DNA from: Actinomycetota bacterium
Lineage (GTDB): Bacteria; Actinomycetota; Thermoleophilia; Solirubrobacterales; 70-9
Length of the DNA stretch: 64,000 nt
Reading direction: 5' to 3'
NCBI GenBank assembly: GCA_046730395.1
Contig: JBKPIV010000009.1
Coordinates: 9,114-73,113, forward strand
The stretch's first letter is position 1, and the number at the start of each line of letters is the position of its first letter. This document shows positions 18,792 to 26,751 of this stretch, one piece after another. Under the pieces are notes generated by a model that had not been told where the DNA came from, made no database searches, and saw only the letters and a list, made by a program, of their open reading frames with translations. A program made the translations under genes and the position numbers.

Positions 18792-19486
18792 GAGTCCCGC
18801 TTCTCGATCACGGGGCGCAGCCGATCGAGGGCACGTCGCAGGCGTGAGTTCACGGTTCCCCGAGGCACGTCGAGCATCTCGGCGATCTCCCCAGGCGTGT
18901 ACTCGAGCAGATAGCGCAACACGACTACTCCGCGGTGCTCGGGGGAGAGAGAGGCGAGCGCGCTCGCCAGGTCGTCCGAGTAGGGAGCGGACGGGCCGAG
19001 CTGGGGGCGGGCTGGGCCGCGCTCCAACCCCGGGTCGAGCGAGGTCTCCAACCGCAGCGCCCGCGCTCGGGCCCAGTCGATTGCTCGGTTGACGACGATC
19101 CGGTTCAGCCACGGGCCGAACGGCCGGCGGCGATCGAAGCGGTCGAGCCCCCTCACGGCGGACAGGAACGCCTCCTGAGCGATGTCCTCCGCCGCGGCGG
19201 CGTCGTGGACCACCAGATACGCCGCCCGGTGGGCCCACGGCCAATGCCGGCGGTAGAGCCTCTCGAGCGCCTCCTCGGACCCCGCCTGAGCGGCGCGAAT
19301 CCAGCGCTTCTCCTCACGACGATCCGCGCTTCTAGATCGCGAGAGGCCACGGCTTCGCGTCGTGGGTATCGCGATGCTCTGGGTTCCCCCGTCGGCGGCC
19401 AAGCGGATCTGCTCCTTGGAGCTCCAAACGACCAGCGCCGATCCAAGTGTCGCGGCAAGAGCGGCAAAGGTCCAGGCGCTGCCCAT
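18788..19486 (-). CDS. ECF (sigma-70 family group 4) RNA polymerase sigma factor
   Basis: Region 2 (LYRRHWPWAHRAAYLVVHDAAAAEDIAQEAFL) and a region 4 HTH (YTPGEIAEMLDVPRGTVNSRLRRA). The start is uncertain: ATG 19486 adds a ~50-aa extension with atypical codons. Confidence 0.8.
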   Translation of the reverse strand: MGSAWTFAALAATLGSALVVWSSKEQIRLAADGGTQSIAIPTTRSRGLSRSRSADRREEKRWIRAAQAGSEEALERLYRRHWPWAHRAAYLVVHDAAAAEDIAQEAFLSAVRGLDRFDRRRPFGPWLNRIVVNRAIDWARARALRLETSLDPGLERGPARPQLGPSAPYSDDLASALASLSPEHRGVVVLRYLLEYTPGEIAEMLDVPRGTVNSRLRRALDRLRPVIEKRDS

Positions 19487-19594
19487 CCGTGCAATACGGA
19501 TTGGGTGCGCCGCGAGGTCCCTGGGTGGGGAAGGGGATGGCGGTCGGAGCGCTAGGCGGTATGCGCACGGAGCCCAGGGGTCGATAATCACCCG

Positions 19595-20263
19595 ATGCTC
19601 TTCGAGCTCGAGCGGGTGACCCTGGAGCGGGACGGCAAGGTCGTGCTCCAGGACGTGACCACCTCGCTGGCGAAGGGGGCGAGCTGCGTGGCCGGTCCAT
19701 CGGGGAGCGGGAAGTCGACGTTGTTGCGCCTCTTGAACCGGTTGGCCGATCCCGCCTCGGGTGCTGTGCGCTACGACGGCGCGGATGTCCGAGACCGCGA
19801 TCCGCTCGAGCTTCGCCGAGAGGTGTGCCTGGTGCCGCAGCTGCCGGCGTTGCTCGAGGGAACGGTGGAGGAGAACATCCGCTTCGCCGCGGGGCTCGCC
19901 GACCGCGACCCCGACGTGCCGCGGCTGCTCGACCTGGCCGGACTGAGTCCGTCCTTCGCCGAGCGCCCGGCCGCAAAGCTCTCCGTCGGCGAGCAGCAGC
20001 GGGCAATGCTTGCTCGGGCCTTGGCCCTGGAGCCACGGGTGCTCCTGTTGGACGAGCCGACTTCGGCACTGGATGAGGAAGCGCGTGGCGCGGTCGAGGC
20101 GACGCTGCTCCATCTCCGCGAGCGGCTGCGGGTCTCCACGGTGCTGGTGACGCACGACCTCGCCCAGGCCCGGCGAATGGCCGATTGGGTCGTCCGGCTC
20201 GACGAGGGCCGCGTCGTGGGCTCCGGGCCAGTGAAGGAGTACTTGCCCGTGGAGGCCAGATAG
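19595..20263 (+). CDS. fetA: ABC transporter ATP-binding protein, FetA/YbbL-like
   Basis: Walker A GPSGSGKST, ABC signature LSVGEQQR, and Walker B LLLDEPTSALD. At about 222 aa it matches the size of the small FetA-type ATPases. Confidence 0.8.
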   Translation: MLFELERVTLERDGKVVLQDVTTSLAKGASCVAGPSGSGKSTLLRLLNRLADPASGAVRYDGADVRDRDPLELRREVCLVPQLPALLEGTVEENIRFAAGLADRDPDVPRLLDLAGLSPSFAERPAAKLSVGEQQRAMLARALALEPRVLLLDEPTSALDEEARGAVEATLLHLRERLRVSTVLVTHDLAQARRMADWVVRLDEGRVVGSGPVKEYLPVEAR

Positions 20264-20331
20264 CCATGTCGCACGAAGCCGGCAGGGCTGCACCGGATAA
20301 CACCCCACTCGCGGGGGACCCTCCGATGAGT

Positions 20332-20366
20332 GGGGGATTTGCGTCGTTATGCGTCGCAAATCCCCC
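20332..20366 (+). repeat. Perfect 12-bp inverted repeat (hairpin) in the fetA-fetB spacer
   Basis: GGGGGATTTGCG (20332-20343), an 11-nt loop, then CGCAAATCCCCC (20355-20366). Its 5' arm overlaps the 3' arm of a second 8-bp hairpin (20303-20310 pairing with 20328-20335). Confidence 0.6.
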
Positions 20367-20485
20367 AACGGTGGCCGCAAGGGACATGAATGGGATGTTT
20401 CCCGCAATCAGCCAGGCGCCGGGGCCGTCGATCGGCGCGCTGCGAGGCCGTATAGCGTCATCTCACTCGGGCTGATAATCCCTGC

Positions 20486-21265
20486 GTGACCGCCAGCTCG
20501 ATCCACGTCAGCGTCACGGATGTGCTGGCCACGCTGGCGCTCATCGCGGTGGCGGTGGGCGTGTCGTTCTGGCGTCGGGCCGAGCTGGAGGAGGACATCG
20601 CGATCGCCGTGGTGCGGTCGTTCGTCCAGTTGACCGCGATCGGCTACGTGATCAGCTTCATCTTCGATCAGGACAGCCTCTGGCTGGTGGTCGCGCTGAT
20701 CACGGTCATGGTGGTGTTTGGAGCTTTCACGGCTCGGCGGCGCGCCAGGCGCGTCCCGGATGCGTTCTGGCCGCTCTTCATCGCGCTCGCTGTCGCCGGC
20801 GCGGCGACGCTGGGGCTCGTGGTCGCACTCGGGGTCTTCAAGCCCCAGCCCCGCTACCTTGTCCCTGTCGGGGGGATGGTCGTCGGCAACTCGATGACCG
20901 CGGCGGCCGTGGCCCTCAATCGCCTCGGCGACGACGTCACCGGCCACGCTCGCGAGATCGAGGCGACGCTGGCGCTCGGAGCGACATCCACGGTGGCGGC
21001 GGCTCCGTTCGTCCGGCGCAGCCTACGCTCGGGGATGATCGCGCTGGTCGACTCGACCAAGACCACCGGCCTGATCTTCTTCCCCGGGACGATGGTTGGG
21101 ATGCTTCTCGCCGGCGCGGATCCCACCGACGCCGTCCGCCTGCAGCTCATTCTCTTGTGGACGTTGCTCGGCAGCGTCGCGCTCGCGGGGCTGATCGCGG
21201 TCACGCTCGCTTACAGGAACTTCTTCACCCCTGCTCATCAGCTGCGCGAGCAGCCCGAGCCGTAG
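20486..21265 (+). CDS. fetB: FetB/YbbM (UPF0014) family ABC-type exporter permease
   Basis: A polytopic membrane protein of about 259 aa with UPF0014-like segments (VRSFVQLTAIGYV; GMIALVDSTKTTGLIFFPGTMVGMLLAG), partnered with the FetA-like ATPase. Confidence 0.75.
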   Translation: MTASSIHVSVTDVLATLALIAVAVGVSFWRRAELEEDIAIAVVRSFVQLTAIGYVISFIFDQDSLWLVVALITVMVVFGAFTARRRARRVPDAFWPLFIALAVAGAATLGLVVALGVFKPQPRYLVPVGGMVVGNSMTAAAVALNRLGDDVTGHAREIEATLALGATSTVAAAPFVRRSLRSGMIALVDSTKTTGLIFFPGTMVGMLLAGADPTDAVRLQLILLWTLLGSVALAGLIAVTLAYRNFFTPAHQLREQPEP

Positions 21266-21306
21266 ACGGCCGGGCCGCCATCGGGCGCCCTGCAAAACTG
21301 ACTCGA

Positions 21307-22941
21307 ATGAGCCGCACGGAGCGCCTCACGCTGGTGGCGACGATCCTCGCGTCGACGGTCGTCTTCCTGGACGGGACGGTGGTGAACGTGGCGCTGCCGG
21401 CGATGGAGCGCGACCTCGGCATGGGGCTTGCCGGACAGCAGTGGGTCGTCGAGGCGTACATGCTGTCGCTCGTGTCGCTGATGCTCGTCGGCGGCTCGCT
21501 TGGCGACCACTTCGGCCGCAAGCGCATCTTCTCGATCGGTCTCGCCGGGTTCGGCGCGACCTCGATCCTGTGCGCGCTCGCTCCCAGCACCGGGTTGTTG
21601 ATCGCGCTGCGCGGGATCCAGGGTCTCGCGGGAGCGCTGCTGGTGCCCGGGTCCCTGGCGATCCTGACGGCCACGTTCGAGGGCGAGGCGCGCGGGCGGG
21701 CGATCGGCACCTGGACCGCCTGGAGCGGGATCTCCACCATCGCCGGCCCGGCGGGGGGCGGTTTCCTCACCGAGACCCTGTCGTGGCGCTTCGTCTTCTG
21801 GATCAACGTGCCCTTGATCGTCGTCACGCTCGCGCTCGCCCTCCATTCGGTCGCCGAGAGCCGCGACCCCGATGCGGTGAGGGGCTTCGACATCCCGGGC
21901 GTCGCCCTCTCCGCGCTTGGCCTCGGCGGGCCCGTGTTCGCGCTCATCGAGCAGCCCACCTACGGCTGGAGCGACCCGGTGGTGCTGATCCCGCTGCTCG
22001 CCGGGCTCGTGTGCTTCGCCGGCTTCATCGCCCGCGAGGCGGTCGCCCGGGCGCCGATGCTGCCGCTGACGCTGTTCCGGGTGCGCAATTTCGCCGTCGC
22101 CAACGCGGCGACGCTGACCACCTACGGTGGCCTGATCGGCTCGTCGTTCTTCCTCACGCTGTATCTGCAGCAGGTCGGGGGCTACTCTCCGCTTGCCGCC
22201 GGCTTTGCCACCGTCCCGATCTCCCTGCTCCTGTTCCTGCTCTCGCCGCGCTTCGGCGCCTTCAGCGCCCGGGTCGGCCCCCGGCTGCCGATGAGTGCCG
22301 GCCCGATCGTCGGTGGGCTGGGGCTCCTGCTGCTCCTCCGAGTCGGGGTCGATCCGTCGTATGCGGGCGAGGTGCTGCCCGCCCTGATCGTGTTCGGCCT
22401 CGGGCTCTCCGCCACCGTCGCGCCGCTGACGACGACGGTCCTGAACGCCGTCGACGAGCACAACGCCGGCATTGCCTCGGGCGTGAACAACGCGATCGCC
22501 CGGGTGGCGGGCCTGCTGGCGATCGCCGCCATCGGCGCGGTGATCTCCAGCCAGTTCGCCTCGACGCTCGACAGCCACCTTCGCGGCGACCGGCTGTCGG
22601 CGCGGGCCTCCCACGTCGTCTCATCGGCGAAGTCCCGGCCGCTCGCGGGTGGGGACGAGGCGGCCAGGCTCTCGGGCTCGGAGCGGAGCACCGTCGGCGC
22701 CTCGATCGAGGACTCGTCGCGTGACGCGTTCCGCCTCGCCGCCGCGATCGGGGCGTGCCTGATGTTCGCCGGGGGCGTGACCTCGGCGCTCGGGATCCAG
22801 AATCCGCGGCGGCGCCCCAGGGCCGTTCCGGTGCCACGTGCCGCCACCGCCGGGGAGTGCGCCCGCGCTGCCCGGATCCGCGATCCGGAGCCGGTGCCAG
22901 GGGAGCTCGGGGCGCCGGAAGAGGCGACGGCACCGCTGTAG
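21307..22941 (+). CDS. MFS transporter, DHA2 (EmrB/QacA, 14-TMS) family
   Basis: The N-terminus LVATILASTVVFLDGTVVNVALP and motif A LGDHFGRKRIF. The length is consistent with 14 TMS. ATG 21307 is the start. Confidence 0.85.
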   Translation: MSRTERLTLVATILASTVVFLDGTVVNVALPAMERDLGMGLAGQQWVVEAYMLSLVSLMLVGGSLGDHFGRKRIFSIGLAGFGATSILCALAPSTGLLIALRGIQGLAGALLVPGSLAILTATFEGEARGRAIGTWTAWSGISTIAGPAGGGFLTETLSWRFVFWINVPLIVVTLALALHSVAESRDPDAVRGFDIPGVALSALGLGGPVFALIEQPTYGWSDPVVLIPLLAGLVCFAGFIAREAVARAPMLPLTLFRVRNFAVANAATLTTYGGLIGSSFFLTLYLQQVGGYSPLAAGFATVPISLLLFLLSPRFGAFSARVGPRLPMSAGPIVGGLGLLLLLRVGVDPSYAGEVLPALIVFGLGLSATVAPLTTTVLNAVDEHNAGIASGVNNAIARVAGLLAIAAIGAVISSQFASTLDSHLRGDRLSARASHVVSSAKSRPLAGGDEAARLSGSERSTVGASIEDSSRDAFRLAAAIGACLMFAGGVTSALGIQNPRRRPRAVPVPRAATAGECARAARIRDPEPVPGELGAPEEATAPL

Positions 22942-22956
22942 CTCCTCGTCTGCCCT

Positions 22957-22986
22957 TTGGGCGACCGAGCGACCTGCATCTATAGT
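22957..22986 (+). promoter_or_regulatory. Candidate promoter for trpS (TTGGGC-18 nt-TATAGT)
   Basis: The -10 TATAGT at 22981-22986 ends 11 nt upstream of the trpS ATG. A -35-like TTGGGC lies at 22957-22962. Confidence 0.3.
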
Positions 22987-22997
22987 CCGCGCCCCGA

Positions 22998-23996
22998 ATG
23001 GCGGCGCCACGGATCTTCAGCGGCATCCAACCTACCGGCCGCAAGCACCTCGGCAACTACATCGGCGCCATCCGTCAGTACGTCGAGGGCCAGGAGCGCG
23101 GCGAGGCGATCTACTGCATCGTCGACCTGCACGCGATCACGGTGCCGCAGGACCGTGCCGGGCTCCGCGACCGCCTGTACGACACGACGGCGATCCTGCT
23201 CGCGGCGGGGCTCGAGCCGGAGCGCTGCATCCTCTTCCGCCAGTCCGACGTCAAGGAGCACACGGAGCTCTGCTGGCTCCTCGGGACCGTGACCGCATGG
23301 GGTGACCTCAACCGCATGCACCAGTTCAAGGAGAAGGCGGAGCAGCAGCGCGAGCTGGTCTCGGCGGGCCTCTTCTTCTACCCGGTGCTCCAGGCCGCCG
23401 ACGTGCTCGCCTATCGCGCCACGGAGGTGCCGGTGGGCGAGGATCAGCGCCAGCACATCGAGCTGATGCGCGACGTCGCGGAGAGGTTCAACGCCCGGTA
23501 CGGCGAGGTGCTCGTGGTGCCCGAGGGAAGGTATCCCGAGGTGGGCGCGCGGATCATGAACCTCCAGGATCCGGAGGCGAGGATGTCGACCACGTACGGC
23601 CCCGAGCAGGGCACGGTCTACCTCGTCGACGACGACGACGCGGTGAAGAGGAAGGTCCGCAGCGCGGTCACCGACTCGGGCACGGAAGTGCGCCGCGCTC
23701 CGGACAAGGCCGGGATCACCAACCTGATCGAGATCGCGTCCGCCGTGCGAGGGGTGGCGCCGGAGGGGATCGAGCGCGAGTTCGAGGGCTCTGGCTACGG
23801 GGACTTCAAGACCGCGGTGGCCGAGGCCGTTGTCGAGTATCTCGCGCCCGTCCGAGAGCGCTACCGGGAGCTGCGACCGGACACGGGCGCGCTCGAGCGG
23901 GCGCTCGGTGCCGGTGCCGAGAAGGCCCACGCGATCGCCTCCGCCACCCTCGCCGACGTCCGCGACGCGATGGGAATCGGCCCGGCGCGGTGGTAG
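22998..23996 (+). CDS. trpS: Tryptophan--tRNA ligase
   Basis: Class I HIGH-region variant (QPTGRKHLGNYIG), GEDQRQHIEL, and a KMSKS-like RMSTT. Confidence 0.9.
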   Translation: MAAPRIFSGIQPTGRKHLGNYIGAIRQYVEGQERGEAIYCIVDLHAITVPQDRAGLRDRLYDTTAILLAAGLEPERCILFRQSDVKEHTELCWLLGTVTAWGDLNRMHQFKEKAEQQRELVSAGLFFYPVLQAADVLAYRATEVPVGEDQRQHIELMRDVAERFNARYGEVLVVPEGRYPEVGARIMNLQDPEARMSTTYGPEQGTVYLVDDDDAVKRKVRSAVTDSGTEVRRAPDKAGITNLIEIASAVRGVAPEGIEREFEGSGYGDFKTAVAEAVVEYLAPVRERYRELRPDTGALERALGAGAEKAHAIASATLADVRDAMGIGPARW

Positions 23997-24008
23997 GGCC
24001 GAGCACGG

Positions 24009-24767
24009 GTGCCGGCCGCGGTCCCGTCTAACCTAGCCGCCGTGAGAGCCTCCGAGCTCGATCTCGACCTCGACGTCTTCGCCGGGCCGTTCGACCTGCT
24101 GATGGCCGTCGTCCTGCGCGAGGAGGTGAGCCTCGCCGAGGTGGCGCTCGGGGACATCGTCGTCGCCTACCTGGAGCACCTGGAGGACGCCCGTGACCTC
24201 GATCTCGACGCCGCGACCGAGTTCCTGGTCCTGATCGCGTCGCTGCTCGAGCTGAAGTCGCGCCTGCTCCTGCCGGCGCCCGAGGACGAGCCGGCGCAGT
24301 TGGGGCCCGAGGAGGCCGCCGACGAGCTCCTGGCCCGGATGCTCGAGTACCGGCGCTATCGCGGCGCCGCTGCGCACCTGATGGAGCTGTTCGAGGATGG
24401 GCGGCGCTACGTCTACCGGTCCGTGCGGCTCCCGGTGGAGCTGCGGCGCGCTTCCCTGGACGCGGCGACCAAGGTGTATGAGCCCACGAGCCTGGCGGAG
24501 GCCCTCGGCGGCCTCCTCCGCACGCCGCCCGAGCTCGACACGAGCCACATCCGGCCCACCGTGTCGCTCGAGCGCCGGCTTGGCGTCCTGCGCGAACTGC
24601 TTGCTCGCCGCGGCAGCTTCGACTTCGACGAGGTCTTCGCCGGGGATGACCGGCTCACCCAGGCGGTCACCCTGTTCGCCCTGCTGGAGATGCACAAGCG
24701 CGGCGAGGCGAGCTGGGACCAGCGCGAGCTCTTCGGGCCCATCAAGGTCGAGGTGGGCGGCGGGTAG
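24009..24767 (+). CDS. scpA: Segregation and condensation protein A
   Basis: FAGPFDLLMAVVLREEVSLAEV is the typical ScpA N-terminus. It is followed by scpB. The start is uncertain. Confidence 0.85.
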   Translation: MPAAVPSNLAAVRASELDLDLDVFAGPFDLLMAVVLREEVSLAEVALGDIVVAYLEHLEDARDLDLDAATEFLVLIASLLELKSRLLLPAPEDEPAQLGPEEAADELLARMLEYRRYRGAAAHLMELFEDGRRYVYRSVRLPVELRRASLDAATKVYEPTSLAEALGGLLRTPPELDTSHIRPTVSLERRLGVLRELLARRGSFDFDEVFAGDDRLTQAVTLFALLEMHKRGEASWDQRELFGPIKVEVGGG

Positions 24768-24770
24768 CTG

Positions 24771-25361
24771 GTGGCCGGGGAGGCGCACCCCACGCCCGAG
24801 CTCGAGCGCACGATCGAGGCGCTGCTGTTCCTCTCCCCCGAGCCGGTCTCCGCCCAGGAGCTGGTCGAGGCCTGCGACGCGAGCGAGGCGGCGGTCGACC
24901 GGGCGCTCGACGCGCTCGAGGGTGCGCTCGCCGAGGGCCGCCGTGGCGTCGTCCTGCGCAAGGTGGCAGGCGGGTTTACGCTCGCGGCGGATCCCGTCGC
25001 CGAGGGAGCCGCGCGCCGCCTTCTCTCGCGGCCGCGCACGCCGCCGCTCACCCAGGCGCAGGCCGAGACGCTTGCGATCGTCGCCTACCTGCGGCCCGTC
25101 TCCCGCCCGGAGATCGCGCGGATCCGCGGCGTCTCCTCCGAGTCGGCAGTTGCCACGCTCACCGAGCGCGGCCTGATCGAGGAGTCCGGGCGCTCGCGCT
25201 TCGGCGCGATCACCTACCGGACCACGGCCCTGTTCGAGAAGCTGTTCGGGCTCGCCGGCTTGGACGAGCTCCCGGACCCTTCCCGTTTCGATCCGACGCC
25301 CGAGGACGAGCGCGAGCTTCGCGAGCGGCTGCTGAAGGCCGGAGAGCAGCGGGCGAGTTAG
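24771..25361 (+). CDS. scpB: Segregation and condensation protein B
   Basis: IEALLFLSPEPVS and LETLAIVAYLRPVSRPEIARIRGV winged-helix motifs. Confidence 0.85.
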   Translation: MAGEAHPTPELERTIEALLFLSPEPVSAQELVEACDASEAAVDRALDALEGALAEGRRGVVLRKVAGGFTLAADPVAEGAARRLLSRPRTPPLTQAQAETLAIVAYLRPVSRPEIARIRGVSSESAVATLTERGLIEESGRSRFGAITYRTTALFEKLFGLAGLDELPDPSRFDPTPEDERELRERLLKAGEQRAS

Positions 25362-25433
25362 ATGAGTGATTCCACGACTTCACGCACACGGATGACGCAC
25401 GGATACCGCCACCGGTTCGGGGTCATCGGGCTC

Positions 25434-25455
25434 GCCAATACCCCTGGGTATTGGC
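25434..25455. repeat. 22-bp near-perfect palindrome GCCAATACCC-CT-GGGTATTGGC
   Basis: 10-bp arms separated by 2 nt, locally AT-rich, within the 196-nt scpB to pseudouridine-synthase spacer. Confidence 0.6.
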
Positions 25456-25557
25456 TTCGCCCTGCTTCCCCCGCCCGGCTCGGTCCCGTGCGCCCCCGTG
25501 TACGCGAGGCCGTGGAATCAATCATCTAGCCGCCGGCAGCCACGCTGCGGGGTCCTG

Positions 25558-26274
25558 ATGCGGCTCGCGAAGTACCTCGCCCACGCCGGCGTCGCGTCGC
25601 GACGGCGGGCCGAGCAGTTGATCGCCGCCGGCCGGGTGACCGTGGGGGACGAGAGGGTCACGGACCCCGCCCGGGACGTCGACGAGTCGAGCGCCGTGAC
25701 CGTGGACGGCCGTCCGGTGACGCCGGAGCCCCGCGAGGTGTGGATGCTGAACAAGCCAGCCGGGGTGGTCTCGACCGCGCGAGAGCCGGGCCGTCGAGCT
25801 GCGGTGGTGGAGCTCGTCGACTCGTCGCGGCGGCTCTACCCCGTTGGCCGCCTGGACGCCGACTCGACCGGGCTGATCCTGCTCACCAACGACGGTGAGC
25901 TGGCGAACCGCCTCACTCATCCTCGTTACGGGGTCGAGCGGACCTACCGGGTCCGGCTCAGGCGTCCCGCCACCGAGTCGCAGCTGCGACGCCTTCGCCG
26001 CGGCGTCCCGCTCGACGACGGGCCGACGGCGCCCGCCCGAGCCCGACGGGTCTCGCCGCGGGTGATCGAGCTGACGATCGCGGAAGGGCGCAACCGGCAG
26101 GTGCGGCGGATGGTCGAGGCGGTCGGCAACCAGGTCGTGTCGCTCGGCCGGATCCGCTTCGGCGCGCTGGAGCTCGGCACGCTGCCGGAGGGCAAGGCCA
26201 GGCGGCTGCGCCCCGCCGAGCTCCGGCGGCTCTGGAAAGATGCCCGGCTCGATGAGCGTGGCGATGAGCGGTGA
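25558..26274 (+). CDS. RluB/RsuA-family pseudouridine synthase with an N-terminal S4 domain
   Basis: S4 motif MRLAKYLAHAGVASRRRAEQLI and the catalytic motif GRLDADSTGLILLTNDGEL. Confidence 0.85.
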   Translation: MRLAKYLAHAGVASRRRAEQLIAAGRVTVGDERVTDPARDVDESSAVTVDGRPVTPEPREVWMLNKPAGVVSTAREPGRRAAVVELVDSSRRLYPVGRLDADSTGLILLTNDGELANRLTHPRYGVERTYRVRLRRPATESQLRRLRRGVPLDDGPTAPARARRVSPRVIELTIAEGRNRQVRRMVEAVGNQVVSLGRIRFGALELGTLPEGKARRLRPAELRRLWKDARLDERGDER

Positions 26275-26641
26275 TCAACGGCTTTGGGCCGTGCGGGGCG
26301 CCGTCAAGGTCGCCAGCAACGACGTCGAGGCGATCCTCGGGGCCACCGAGGAGCTGATGACCGAGCTGATGTCGCGAAACGGCCTCGACCCGGGGGCGAT
26401 GGTGAGCTGCGTCTTCACGGCAACCGGCGATCTGAACGCGGAGTTTCCCGCGGTCGCCGCGCGGCGGCTCGGCCTGGGCTCTGTGCCGCTGCTCTGCACG
26501 CGGGAGCTCGACGTGCCGGGGGCGATGCGCAGCGTGATCCGCGTGCTGGTCCACTATTACGCGCCGGCCGATCACGTCCCCTCCCACACCTACCTCGGCG
26601 AGGCGCAGGAGCTCAGGTCGGATCTCCACTCTGCTCAGTAG
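26264..26641 (+). CDS. aroH: AroH-type monofunctional chorismate mutase
   Basis: LWAVRGAVKV...VSCVFTATGDLNAEFPA...CTRELDVPG matches the small trimeric AroH class. The start could be 26252 or 26264. It overlaps the upstream stop. Confidence 0.75.
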   Translation: MSGDQRLWAVRGAVKVASNDVEAILGATEELMTELMSRNGLDPGAMVSCVFTATGDLNAEFPAVAARRLGLGSVPLLCTRELDVPGAMRSVIRVLVHYYAPADHVPSHTYLGEAQELRSDLHSAQ

Positions 26642-26751
26642 CATCACCGGTTCGCGCGTGATCCTTCACGCCTCGCCGGGAACGAATTCGTAACCTGGCG
26701 CGCGGCAGGTCTTGTAATCGTGGATGGATTGAGCGGAGTCTTGGTGGACAG

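Noticed and set aside
20266-20475. A 69-codon ORF (MSHEAGRAAPDNTPL...) in the fetA-fetB spacer.
   Set aside because: Many of its codons end in A or T, in contrast with the strong GC3 bias of real genes here. It has no Shine-Dalgarno sequence and no recognisable motifs. The region is better explained as structured non-coding sequence.
22942-22997. A T-box upstream of trpS.
   Set aside because: The intergenic gap is only 56 nt, far too short for a T-box leader. Only a promoter-like element is present.
25362-25529. A 55-codon ORF (MSDSTTSRTRMTHGYRHRFG...) immediately after scpB.
   Set aside because: Its GC3 is intermediate and the sequence is basic and low-complexity with no motif. Coding potential cannot be supported from the sequence alone. 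I mention it only under the spacer finding.
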